64,000 nucleotides of DNA from Candidatus Omnitrophota bacterium (GTDB lineage: Bacteria > Omnitrophota > Gorgyraeia > Duberdicusellales > 4484-171). The DNA lies in contig JAIPHA010000001.1 in the NCBI GenBank assembly GCA_021735445.1, positions 24,396 to 88,395 on the forward strand. Direction: 5' to 3'. The translations under genes and the position numbers were made by a program. Of this stretch, positions 18,742 to 28,048 are shown piece after piece; position 1 is the first letter of the stretch, and each line of letters starts with the position of its first letter. A model generated the notes under the pieces. That model did no database searches. It was not told where the DNA came from and saw nothing but the letters and a program-made list of their open reading frames with translations.

Positions 18742-19821
18742 ATGAAAGGAATATATTCGTCTTTTAAAATATTTCATTATCCCGATAAGTTGAGCGATCT
18801 AGCCGGCGAGAAGGTATCTTCTCCTATCCATGTCAGGCTGAAGCCTACCAATAGGTGCAACCACAGGTGTAAATATTGTTGCTACAGAAACGAAAGTTTA
18901 TATTTAAGCCAACTGTTTAGTGAAAAAGACGAAACACCTTTGAATAAAATGAAACAAATTATAGATGATTTTAAATTTATCGGGGTAAAGGCGGTAACTA
19001 TCTCCGGAGGGGGAGAACCGTTGCTTTATCCACATTTGACAGAGATGGTGAGAAGGCTGTCAAAAAATAATATAAAAGTTGCTGTATTGACAAACGGCAG
19101 TTTGATGAATGGAGAAATTGCTGATGTTTTGGCAGAGGAAGCTAGCTGGGTCCGTATTTCAATGGATGCCGCCGATGCTGATAGTTATTCAAGGATAAGA
19201 AAAGTAAATTTAAAAGAATTTGATAAAGTTTGCAGCAATATATATGAGTTTGCAAAAAAACAAAACAAAAGATATCAACTTGGGATAAATTTTATTGTTA
19301 TGAGGGAAAACCATAAGGATGTTTATCAATTTTTGAAATTGATGAAAAAACTCGGAGTTAACCATGTTAAAGTTTCAGAATCTGTAATGAGCGTGGATAC
19401 GGAAGAAAACAGAAAATATCATTTTTCTATAATAAAATCCGTTAAGAGCCAAATCAAAAAAGCTATTACGGATTTGTCTAATAGCGGTTTTTCAATTATC
19501 GACAAAGTAGAAAATTTTAACAAAAAAGACGATAGTTACAACAAAACATATAACTGGTGCCCTTTTATCCAGTGTTTGACAGTTATTGGCGCAGATTTGA
19601 ATGTGTATAGTTGTCATGATAAAGCTTACACCAACAAAGGAAAATTAGGTTCTATTAAGAAAAAAAGTTTTAGAGATTTTTGGTTTAGCGATAAGGGCAA
19701 AGAAAAATTATTGAAATTAGATCCCAGCAAAGATTGTAATCACCATTGTACCCAACATGGCAAGAATTTAATGTTACTTGATTATTTTTGCCTGGATAAG
19801 AATCATTTAGATTTTATCTAA
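18742..19821 (+). CDS. radical SAM protein with SPASM/twitch-like C-terminus
   Basis: CNHRCKYC, ISGGGEPLL, and C-terminal cysteines WCPFIQC...YSCHD...CNHHC. Confidence 0.7.
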   Translation: MKGIYSSFKIFHYPDKLSDLAGEKVSSPIHVRLKPTNRCNHRCKYCCYRNESLYLSQLFSEKDETPLNKMKQIIDDFKFIGVKAVTISGGGEPLLYPHLTEMVRRLSKNNIKVAVLTNGSLMNGEIADVLAEEASWVRISMDAADADSYSRIRKVNLKEFDKVCSNIYEFAKKQNKRYQLGINFIVMRENHKDVYQFLKLMKKLGVNHVKVSESVMSVDTEENRKYHFSIIKSVKSQIKKAITDLSNSGFSIIDKVENFNKKDDSYNKTYNWCPFIQCLTVIGADLNVYSCHDKAYTNKGKLGSIKKKSFRDFWFSDKGKEKLLKLDPSKDCNHHCTQHGKNLMLLDYFCLDKNHLDFI

Positions 19822-19847
19822 ATTACTATAGAAAAGGGAGGTAGGTT

Positions 19848-20510
19848 GTGGCGTTTGTAGATTTCATTTCCCAGTTACATACAAAAACCAAGCGTAATTA
19901 CATAGAGAGGATGGCTAAATACGATAAGGCTCATTGCGCTCAAATAGCAAAAAAGCTTGATAAGGAGTATTGGGACGGAGAACGTAAATATGGTTACGGT
20001 GGTTATTATTATGATGGCAGGTGGAAGAAGGTAGCAGGGCAGATGAAGAAGCATTACAATTTATCTTCCGGGCAAAAAGTTTTAGATATAGGATGCGGGA
20101 AAGGATTTTTCCTTTATGATTTAAAATCCATTATGCCTGATATTGAAATCAGGGGGATAGATGTATCAGAATATGCTTTGACTCATGCCAAAGAAGAAGT
20201 AAAAGATTTTCTGGATTTAGGTTCGGCCTGCAACCTGCCGTATCCGGATAATTATTTTGATTTAGTGGTGTCGGTTAACACTTTGCATTATTTATATCTT
20301 AATGATTTAAAAAAAGCTTTAGAAGAAATATCAAGAGTTAGCAAAGGAGGTGGATATATAGTAGTAGAGTCTTACCGAAATGAAAAGGAAAAAGCAAATT
20401 TACTATGTTGGCAGCTAACTTGTGAGTGTTTTTTTACTCCGGGAGAATGGGAGTGGATTTTTTCTGAATTTGGATATAAGGGAGATTATTCATTTGTTTT
20501 TTTTGAATAA
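19848..20510 (+). CDS. class I SAM-dependent methyltransferase
   Basis: Motif I VLDIGCGKGFF. A GTG start is preceded by AAGGGAGG. Confidence 0.75.
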   Translation: MAFVDFISQLHTKTKRNYIERMAKYDKAHCAQIAKKLDKEYWDGERKYGYGGYYYDGRWKKVAGQMKKHYNLSSGQKVLDIGCGKGFFLYDLKSIMPDIEIRGIDVSEYALTHAKEEVKDFLDLGSACNLPYPDNYFDLVVSVNTLHYLYLNDLKKALEEISRVSKGGGYIVVESYRNEKEKANLLCWQLTCECFFTPGEWEWIFSEFGYKGDYSFVFFE

Positions 20511-20513
20511 AAT

Positions 20514-21566
20514 TTGATTATGAAATTTAGTGATTTACTATATTTTGGGCTGCAAATACCCCGGCTGCATTTACAACCATCTTTCCGGATTCCTTTAAGT
20601 ATGCATCTTGTGCTGACTAACCGCTGTAATAATCACTGCCTATATTGTAATACCCATAGTTTTCCGCAAGAGGATTTGCTTACTACAAAGTCGCTAAAAA
20701 ATATTTTATCCGAAATGAAAAAATGCGGTACCCGGCGTATTCAGTTTACAGGCGGGGAGCCGATGGTTAGGAAGGATATAGGAGCTTTGATAAATTTTGC
20801 CAAACAACTAGGTTTTTTTGTGGGGCTGTCTACTAACGGATATCAAATTGCTGAGCGAGTCGATGAATTAAAAGGTGTAGATATAGTTTTTCTTTCCTAT
20901 GACGGGCCGGGAGAAGCTCACATTTCCTTAAGGGGCCAATCCAGTTTGGGAGAGGTTTATGCTGCTTTAGGCGCTTTGAAAAAAGCCGGAATTAAAGCAT
21001 GGACTACGAGCGTTTTAACTAAAAAGAATAAAGATTATCTAGAGGATATTGTTGATTTCGCCAAAAAAAATAACATTTTAGCTAATTTTACGCGGTTAGA
21101 GTTTGTTTTAAAGAGAAGCCTTTCTCTTCATCCTTTTGTTGATAAAGTTAAAGAGTTAATCCTGTCTTTCGAAGAAAGAAGAGAAGTCTTTAGAAAATTA
21201 ATTGAATTGAAGGCCTCAGGAGGGCCGGTGGGCGATTCATTTCCATATTTAAAGAGTGTGCTAGAGTGGCCAGATAATAATCGTATAACAGATTCAGCGC
21301 CGGCTAAAAGGTATAAATGTTGGGCAGGGAAGGCTTATGGACATCTGGAAGCCGATGGTAAGCTATATTCTTGTGGGTGGGATTCTTTAAGGCAGGCTAA
21401 GGGCATAGACGTATTGGATAAGGGGTTTAAGTTTGCCTGGCAGAATTTAGTTTTTCCCAACAATTGCCGGTCATGTTCCCATGCTTGCGGAGTTGAGAAT
21501 AATCTTTTGTTTTCTTTGAATTATTCAAGCCTTTGGAATGCCTGCAAGAGTTTGAGAGGTAGTTAA
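20514..21566 (+). CDS. radical SAM/SPASM protein (paralog group with the 24578 and 25614 genes)
   Basis: CNNHCLYC, FTGGEPMV, and C-terminal CWAGK...YSCGW...NNCRSCSHACG. Confidence 0.75.
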   Translation: MIMKFSDLLYFGLQIPRLHLQPSFRIPLSMHLVLTNRCNNHCLYCNTHSFPQEDLLTTKSLKNILSEMKKCGTRRIQFTGGEPMVRKDIGALINFAKQLGFFVGLSTNGYQIAERVDELKGVDIVFLSYDGPGEAHISLRGQSSLGEVYAALGALKKAGIKAWTTSVLTKKNKDYLEDIVDFAKKNNILANFTRLEFVLKRSLSLHPFVDKVKELILSFEERREVFRKLIELKASGGPVGDSFPYLKSVLEWPDNNRITDSAPAKRYKCWAGKAYGHLEADGKLYSCGWDSLRQAKGIDVLDKGFKFAWQNLVFPNNCRSCSHACGVENNLLFSLNYSSLWNACKSLRGS

Positions 21567-21570
21567 AAAA

Positions 21571-23049
21571 ATGGGATTTTTATTTAAACACAGAAAAATA
21601 ATATTGGCCTGTATTATTTTGTTGGGCTTTGCTTTACGAATCTATTATATAAACACAAATGTTTGTTCAAACGATGACCCCCAGCATATTATAGCCGCAA
21701 GGCAGATTTCTTTAAATCCAAAAAATTTACAATTGCCTTTAGTCGACAAGCAAAAAGATAGCTGCCCGATGGGCATAAGGTATGTGATGCGTTTGGGGCT
21801 ATATCTTTTTGATAAACCGGTATTGGGAATAAAATTTCCCTGCATGCTTTTCCAGCTATTGGCTGTTTTTATGGTTTATTTTTTTGCAAAAAGATATTTT
21901 GGGATAGAGGTAGCTTTGCTTGCAGCTTTTTTGCTTTCTATAACCCAGTATAATATAGGGAATCCTTCTACAAACGGAGTTATGCATACTTTGACGATGA
22001 GTTATTTTTTGATTGTATTAAAGTCTATCGATGAAAATAAAAAAAAATGGTTATTATTATCTGGAGTTGTTTTAGGAATAGGTTTCTGGTTTAGGGAACA
22101 TGTCCCTTTAATCGCTTTAGCGGCTTTTTTGTTCCTGCTATTTTCAAAGGAAGATAGGCATTGGCTAAGGAGTAAATATCTCTGGTTTTCATTTGGTATA
22201 GCTTTTTTATTAGGGCTGCCTTTGCTTGTATCCAACTTCCGTCCGGAAATCAATCGGTTTGAATTTATATTAGAAGAATCCGCAATAGGGCCGAGTTTAA
22301 ATGCTATAGGAACTTATTTGGGAGAATTTATTTTACTGATTGTTAAACCTTTTCCCGAACTATTTCAACACGTAGCCAGCAGCCTGGACGCAGAGTATCC
22401 ACCGGTTAATTTTGTTCTAGGCGCGATCATATTAATATCGGTGGGATTGTCAGTAAAAAAAGCAAAGCCCGCGACTAGATTGTTGGTGACCTGCTTTTTG
22501 GTTAATTTCTTTTTGTTTAGCTTCATAAGGAGAAATGATGTTATTGAAAGTTTTTGGTCGTTGGGCAGCTTAGATTGGAGTGGTTTAGGTTTTACTTCAG
22601 GAATTATTTTAGCTGCCGATAGATTGATATATTGGAAAAATAAATACGGGATTCAAGCTAAAATCGCCATAGGATTAATAATTATTTTTACCTTGGCAAG
22701 AAGCTGGAGCTTTATTATTTTTCCCTTGAATGCGTATTTTCCCGTTAAGTATTACCGGGTAAAAATAGATAGTTTTGAAAATGCACAACATTTTCTTGAT
22801 AAGGGCTTAAGAAACGAATCTAAAAGGTTGCTTAGGGTTTTATGCCGGATATCAAAAAAAGGGACGCCTTATGCGGAACTTCATAGGCCAGCTGCCGCTA
22901 AGCTTGTTAAAATATTTTTAAAAGAAGGTCAATATAAAAAGGCGGGCAAGTACTTATACCGGATACTTAGCCGTAACCCTAACGATGCTTGGGCTTTATC
23001 CCTTATCGAAAAGCTTTCTTTTGCTAAAAAAGATTTTATTTGTGATTAA
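21571..23049 (+). CDS. GT-C membrane glycosyltransferase, PMT/ArnT-like (GT39/GT83-like), copy 1, with C-terminal TPR-like tail
   Basis: A polytopic N-terminus with the conserved first-loop segment ISLNPKNLQLPLVDK...RYVMRLGLYLFDKPVLGIKFP, and a helical C-terminus (YKKAGKYLYRILSRNPNDAWA). Confidence 0.55.
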   Translation: MGFLFKHRKIILACIILLGFALRIYYINTNVCSNDDPQHIIAARQISLNPKNLQLPLVDKQKDSCPMGIRYVMRLGLYLFDKPVLGIKFPCMLFQLLAVFMVYFFAKRYFGIEVALLAAFLLSITQYNIGNPSTNGVMHTLTMSYFLIVLKSIDENKKKWLLLSGVVLGIGFWFREHVPLIALAAFLFLLFSKEDRHWLRSKYLWFSFGIAFLLGLPLLVSNFRPEINRFEFILEESAIGPSLNAIGTYLGEFILLIVKPFPELFQHVASSLDAEYPPVNFVLGAIILISVGLSVKKAKPATRLLVTCFLVNFFLFSFIRRNDVIESFWSLGSLDWSGLGFTSGIILAADRLIYWKNKYGIQAKIAIGLIIIFTLARSWSFIIFPLNAYFPVKYYRVKIDSFENAQHFLDKGLRNESKRLLRVLCRISKKGTPYAELHRPAAAKLVKIFLKEGQYKKAGKYLYRILSRNPNDAWALSLIEKLSFAKKDFICD

Positions 23050-23064
23050 AATTAAAAAAAAGAA

Positions 23065-24568
23065 TATGTTTGACGAGAAATTATATAAATATAGAAAAGT
23101 AATATTATTATTCATTCTTCTTTTAGCTTTTGGGCTAAGGTTTTACGGAGCTTTGTCTATTCCGGCTCATGAAGATAATCTTATTCATGATTTTCCCTCT
23201 GCCCGCAAGATATCTTTAGAACCGGGAAATTTCAATATTCCTTTAGTTGAAACTATGGCCGAAAGCAGCGGTATGGGGTGGAAATATTTAATTCGAATAG
23301 GATGGTATCTTTTCGGCGATTCTTTAATAGGAGCAAGGCTTCCTTTTATTATTTTAGGCGTAGCTACTATTTTTTTAGTATATTTATTGGTAAATTATGG
23401 ATTAGGCAATTCGGTTGCTCTTTTTTCCTCTTTTCTCCTGGCTATCAGTTCTTATCATATTGGTTTAACCAGAAATGTAGATGATGTATCGGTTGGTTGC
23501 TTTTTTGCGTTAGGTTCTTTGTTTTTGTTGTATCAAGCGGTTCAAAAGTCAAAGCCAAAACTGCTTTTAGTTAATGGCTTGCTTATAGGGTTGTCGTTAT
23601 GGTTTAAAGAAATCAATATTTTTCTTATTCCTATTACGATTATTTTTCTTTACAGTTTGCCTCAATACAAAGGTTGGTTAAAAAATGGCTATCTCTGGTT
23701 GTCATTCTTTTTAGCTTGTATGGTAGCTTTGCCTTTAATTGTGCTAAATCTTAATCCAGAAGTTACCAGGTTTAATTATATAATGAATCAGGCGGATTTC
23801 GGCTTAAGTATAAATGCTATAGGGTTTTACCTGGGAGAATTGATATTGTTGGCTCTTAAGCCTTTTCCTGATTTGTTTAGTAAGATTGCGGTAACCGTTG
23901 ACGAAGCCCGCCCGTTTGTAAATTTTTTATTAGGAGGGGTAATTTTAGCATCGGTAGTTTTTTCATTTAGAGATAGACGGCCTTTTATCAGATTATTATT
24001 AGTGACTTTTTTATTCAATTTTGCCGTATTTAGCATTATTAGCCATATCGATAAAAGTTCTTGGTATTGGACTATGGAAAGTTCTGATTGGAGTGCTATG
24101 AGTTTTATTCCCGGAGTTATTTTAGCCGCCAATATGCTTATTGTTTTTTTAAGAAAATACAAAATCAAAGCTGCTCTATTATCAGGGGTGTTGTTATTTT
24201 TTGTGTTTATTCGTAGCTGGGCTATAGTTACCTATCCTTTAAATTATTATTTTCCGACAAGAGATTTTTACATTAAAAGATTTTTGCTGGAAGATGATAG
24301 CTGGATGGTAAAAAGTGATTTTATAAACGAAGCAAACGTTAATAAAATAAAAAAGACGAAAAAAGATGTTTTGAAACGAATTTATGATTTTTATGATCAG
24401 AATTATTTTTATAAAAGAATTTCTTCTTTTAAACTTGCTCAAATGATGATTGAAGAAAAGAGATTTAATGAGGCAAAAAAATATATCTATACGATGCTCT
24501 ATCTTAATCCTTGCGATAAAAAGGCGCGCAGGCTTTTAGAAACAATTAATAATCAAGGCGGATTTTAG
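23065..24568 (+). CDS. GT-C membrane glycosyltransferase, PMT/ArnT-like, copy 2
   Basis: ISLEPGNFNIPLVETMAESSGMGWKYLIRIGWYLFGDSLIGARLPF is paralogous to copies 1 and 3. I chose the ATG at 23065 (MFDEKLY) over the ORF-track start at 22985, which would overlap the upstream gene by 65 nt. Confidence 0.55.
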
Positions 24569-24577
24569 TTGGCAGCG

Positions 24578-25582
24578 ATGAAGTTTTTCAACAAGATAGA
24601 TACCGTTGGGAAAGTTTTAAAGGCGATAGCATTTAAAAAAAGGTTTCCTTTAGTAGCTACCTGGAATATTACTTATAAGTGCAACTTGCATTGTGGTTAT
24701 TGCGGCGCGCCCCAGTGCCGGATTCCTGAATTAGAAACAGCTAAGGTGTTAGGGGTTATCGATGAGTTAAAAAGCCTGGGGACTAGATTTATGAAATTTA
24801 GCGGGGGAGAGCCTTTATTAAGGGATGACTTTCCAGAGATTATAGATTTTTGTAAATCCAGGGGAATGGATGTGTTGATAAACTCAAATGGGGTTGTTTT
24901 TAAAGATAAATTCAGATTAGTTAAAAATAATATAGACGAGGTCCAATTTAGCCTGGATGGAGAAAAAGAGGTCCACGATAAGATAAGAGGCCAAGGCGTA
25001 TACGATAAAGTTATAGAGTCGATTGAATTATGTAAAATCCATAATATAAATGTATTTTTAAACACAGTGATATCTAAATATAACCTTAACAGCATTGACC
25101 ATATTTTGAAAATAACTAATAAGTATAATATTGGTGTTTATTTTCAACCGGCCGACCAACTTTATTCAACACATAGCAATAAAGACATACACTCTTTATT
25201 TAGCCCTAAGGAGAAAGATTACAAGCAAATAATAAAATTGATTATGACGGAAAAGAAAAAAGGCAATAAATCTATTTCTAATAGTTTAACAGGCCTTAAC
25301 CATCTCTATAAATGGCCGGCTCCCGTTAAAGTGTATTGTTTGGAATATTTATTGGGATGCTTGATAGAGCCGGATGGGAGTGTTTTTGTTTGTAATATGT
25401 TTGCTGATTATCAAAAATACCTGGTTCCTTTTTATGGTAATTTCAGGGATTCCTATAGGCAGGTAAAGCTGCCTCATGTTTGCAATTGTTGTTACTGCGG
25501 GAGCGAGGTAGAACTCCAGCTGCTAAAAAAAATGGACCCTAAAGCCATGTGGGGTATCTGGAGTAGATTTAGCCGGCAGTAA
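24578..25582 (+). CDS. radical SAM/SPASM protein (tandem paralog A)
   Basis: CNLHCGYC, FSGGEPLL, and C-terminal CLEY...VFVCNMF...CNCCYCG. I chose the ATG at 24578 over the TTG at 24569. Confidence 0.75.
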   Translation: MKFFNKIDTVGKVLKAIAFKKRFPLVATWNITYKCNLHCGYCGAPQCRIPELETAKVLGVIDELKSLGTRFMKFSGGEPLLRDDFPEIIDFCKSRGMDVLINSNGVVFKDKFRLVKNNIDEVQFSLDGEKEVHDKIRGQGVYDKVIESIELCKIHNINVFLNTVISKYNLNSIDHILKITNKYNIGVYFQPADQLYSTHSNKDIHSLFSPKEKDYKQIIKLIMTEKKKGNKSISNSLTGLNHLYKWPAPVKVYCLEYLLGCLIEPDGSVFVCNMFADYQKYLVPFYGNFRDSYRQVKLPHVCNCCYCGSEVELQLLKKMDPKAMWGIWSRFSRQ

Positions 25583-25613
25583 TATTTTGTTTGCCCCAAG
25601 GTATTTATAAAAT

Positions 25614-26606
25614 ATGAAATTATCAGAAAAAATTAGTATTTTTAACAAAATTGCACAAGCTGTTTTGTTTAAGAAAAAATACCCTTTAATAGCTGCTTGG
25701 AATATTACCTATAGATGTAACTGCGCTTGCAAATATTGCGGAATTAAAAGGGATAAAGATAAACGGGAAAAGCTTAATACCGGCGAAGTATTTGCGATAA
25801 TTAATCAATTATCTCAAGCCGGAGTTAAATTTATTAACTTTGGCGGCGGAGAACCTTTGATCAGAGATGATTTTGAAGAGATCCTAGATTACTGTAACCA
25901 GAAAAAAATTTATGTGGGAGTGATATCTAACGGTATATTAGCCGGTAAAAAAATTAAGGTATTAGAAAAGGTTAATAAGGTTCAATTAAGTTTAGATGGG
26001 CCCAGAGAAATAAATGATTTTGTGAGAGGCAAGGGGGTTTATGATAAAGTTATTGAAACGATTAACCTCTGTAAGAGAAATAATATCCGGGTAGGGCTGA
26101 TTACTGTAATATCGAAATATAATGTTGCCGATATTGCCGCTATTGTTGATATTTCTAAGCAATACGGAGTAGAGATGCATGTTCAGCCAGCGACTTCTAA
26201 TCTTTCTGGCGACAGCAAAAAAGATGTTTTGGAATCACCCTTAGAAGAAGACTATAAAAATGCGCTTCAGTATTTAATAGATGAAAAAAGAAAAGGCAAC
26301 CATTTAATTAACCATAGCATCTCCGGATTAAAACACATGTATGATTGGCCTAAAGCCAGGAAGATAAACTGTTTTGCAAGTTTATTATTTTTTAATATAG
26401 AGCCGGATGGGAGGATTTTTGTATGTAATATGTTTCCGGAATATCAAAAATATTTAATTCCGCTAGGGGATAATTTCAAAGAAACCTTTTATAAATTAAA
26501 ATTACCTCATTGTTGCAGTTGTTGTTGGAATAGTTCCATGGTTGAGTTTAATTTAATGGGAAATCTTAGGGTACCTTCTTTTTTAGAAATAGCAAAGAAA
26601 TTATAA
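25614..26606 (+). CDS. radical SAM/SPASM protein (tandem paralog B)
   Basis: CNCACKYC, FGGGEPLI, and C-terminal CFAS...IFVCNMF...CCSCCWN. It is colinear with the 24578 gene along its whole length. Confidence 0.75.
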   Translation: MKLSEKISIFNKIAQAVLFKKKYPLIAAWNITYRCNCACKYCGIKRDKDKREKLNTGEVFAIINQLSQAGVKFINFGGGEPLIRDDFEEILDYCNQKKIYVGVISNGILAGKKIKVLEKVNKVQLSLDGPREINDFVRGKGVYDKVIETINLCKRNNIRVGLITVISKYNVADIAAIVDISKQYGVEMHVQPATSNLSGDSKKDVLESPLEEDYKNALQYLIDEKRKGNHLINHSISGLKHMYDWPKARKINCFASLLFFNIEPDGRIFVCNMFPEYQKYLIPLGDNFKETFYKLKLPHCCSCCWNSSMVEFNLMGNLRVPSFLEIAKKL

Positions 26607-26629
26607 AAAGCTAATTTGGATTTATTTTT

Positions 26630-28042
26630 ATGCATAAGTGGTTATATAGATACAGAAGGCCGTTAATTTTATTTTTTTTGCTTGTTGCCTTTGCCCTGCG
26701 TTATTACGGCGCTGTCTCGATTCCTCCTGTCTGGGATGAGGTTTATAATGAATTTCCCGACGCCAGGCGTATCTCTTTTTCTAAAGGCAATATCAATATT
26801 CCCATTGTTGATACTACTCCCGAAGGAGGGGTTATGTTACCTAAATATGTAATATATTTAGGTTGGACGATTTTTGGTAATTCTCTTATTGGCGCCAGGT
26901 TGCCGTTTATCCTCAGCGGCGTTTTCCTTGTTTTATTAATATACCTAATCGTTAAAAAATATATAGGGATAGAAGCTGCTCTTATAAGCGCTTTATTGGC
27001 TTCAATAAGCCAGTATTGCGTTGGCGCCTCCCGTTGGTCTGACTCTCAATCCTTAAGCATGATTATCGCCCTTGTTTCATTATTTGTTTTTTACCGGGCT
27101 CTTCTTGATTCGAATAAATATATGATTTTATTAAACGGGCTGCTTATCGGGATAGCTTGTTGGTTTTATGAGAATCTAATTTTTTTAATTCCGATTTATA
27201 TAATATTTTTACTAGTATGCCCTAAATACCGGAGTTGGCTTAAAAGCAAATATTTGTGGTGGTCTTTTGTTATTGCTCTTTTTGCCGCGGCTCCTTTGGT
27301 TGTAATGACTTTGAATTCAGGCGCTGAGAGGTTTAAATACATTTACGCAGAGACAGCCGTGGGGTTAAGCCTTAATGCTATCGGACTGTATTTAGGTGAA
27401 TTGATATTATTAGTTATTAAAAATTTCCCTGATTTATTTGAATTTGTAGCCAAAAGCCTTGATTCAGAGGCCCCCCCGGCTAATTTTTTATTTGGCATTA
27501 TTATACTGGTTTCTGTTGTAAGGTCGTTTAAGAGCAAGCAACCTTTCATTAGGTTATTGGTAGTCTGGTTTATGTTTAATTTTATTGTGTTTAGTTTTTT
27601 AAGAAGAAATGACGTTATTCAAAGCATTTGGTCTTTAGGAAGCCTTGACTGGGGTAGTTTGGGGTTTATGGCTGGATTGATATTAGCTGCTAATCAATTG
27701 TATCTAATCGCTAAGAAAAAAGATAAACGGGGGGCAGCGATATTTATAATATTAGTTACTTTCATCTTGTTTAAAACATGGGATTTTGTCAGTTACCCGC
27801 TTAACAGTTATTTTCCGGTTAGAGAATATTTACTTAAAACGGCGCATTTTGGTGATGTTGCTTACTTAAAGAGTGCCGGGAAAACAGAGGATGCCAAGGA
27901 GATACTGAAAAGAATATATAAGCTTGCTAAAAATAAGAGAACTAAATACAGGGCTGCCTGGGAATTAGCGAATATTTTAAAAAGTGAAGGTAAAAATCAA
28001 GAAGCAGAAGAATACCTGTCTATTATCCAAAGAGGCAGTTAA
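26630..28042 (+). CDS. GT-C membrane glycosyltransferase, PMT/ArnT-like, copy 3
   Basis: ISFSKGNINIPIVDTTPEGGVMLPKYVIYLGWTIFGNSLIGARLPF, colinear with copies 1 and 2. Confidence 0.55.
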   Translation: MHKWLYRYRRPLILFFLLVAFALRYYGAVSIPPVWDEVYNEFPDARRISFSKGNINIPIVDTTPEGGVMLPKYVIYLGWTIFGNSLIGARLPFILSGVFLVLLIYLIVKKYIGIEAALISALLASISQYCVGASRWSDSQSLSMIIALVSLFVFYRALLDSNKYMILLNGLLIGIACWFYENLIFLIPIYIIFLLVCPKYRSWLKSKYLWWSFVIALFAAAPLVVMTLNSGAERFKYIYAETAVGLSLNAIGLYLGELILLVIKNFPDLFEFVAKSLDSEAPPANFLFGIIILVSVVRSFKSKQPFIRLLVVWFMFNFIVFSFLRRNDVIQSIWSLGSLDWGSLGFMAGLILAANQLYLIAKKKDKRGAAIFIILVTFILFKTWDFVSYPLNSYFPVREYLLKTAHFGDVAYLKSAGKTEDAKEILKRIYKLAKNKRTKYRAAWELANILKSEGKNQEAEEYLSIIQRGS

Positions 28043-28048
28043 AAAAAA

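Noticed and set aside
22985-23064. The ORF-track start of the second GT-C gene at 22985, a 65-nt overlap with the upstream gene
   Set aside because: The upstream extension (MLGLYPLSKSFLLLKKILFVIKIKKKN) has no counterpart in paralogs 1 and 3, whose alignments begin near MFDEKLY/MHKWLY. The internal ATG at 23065 was therefore preferred.
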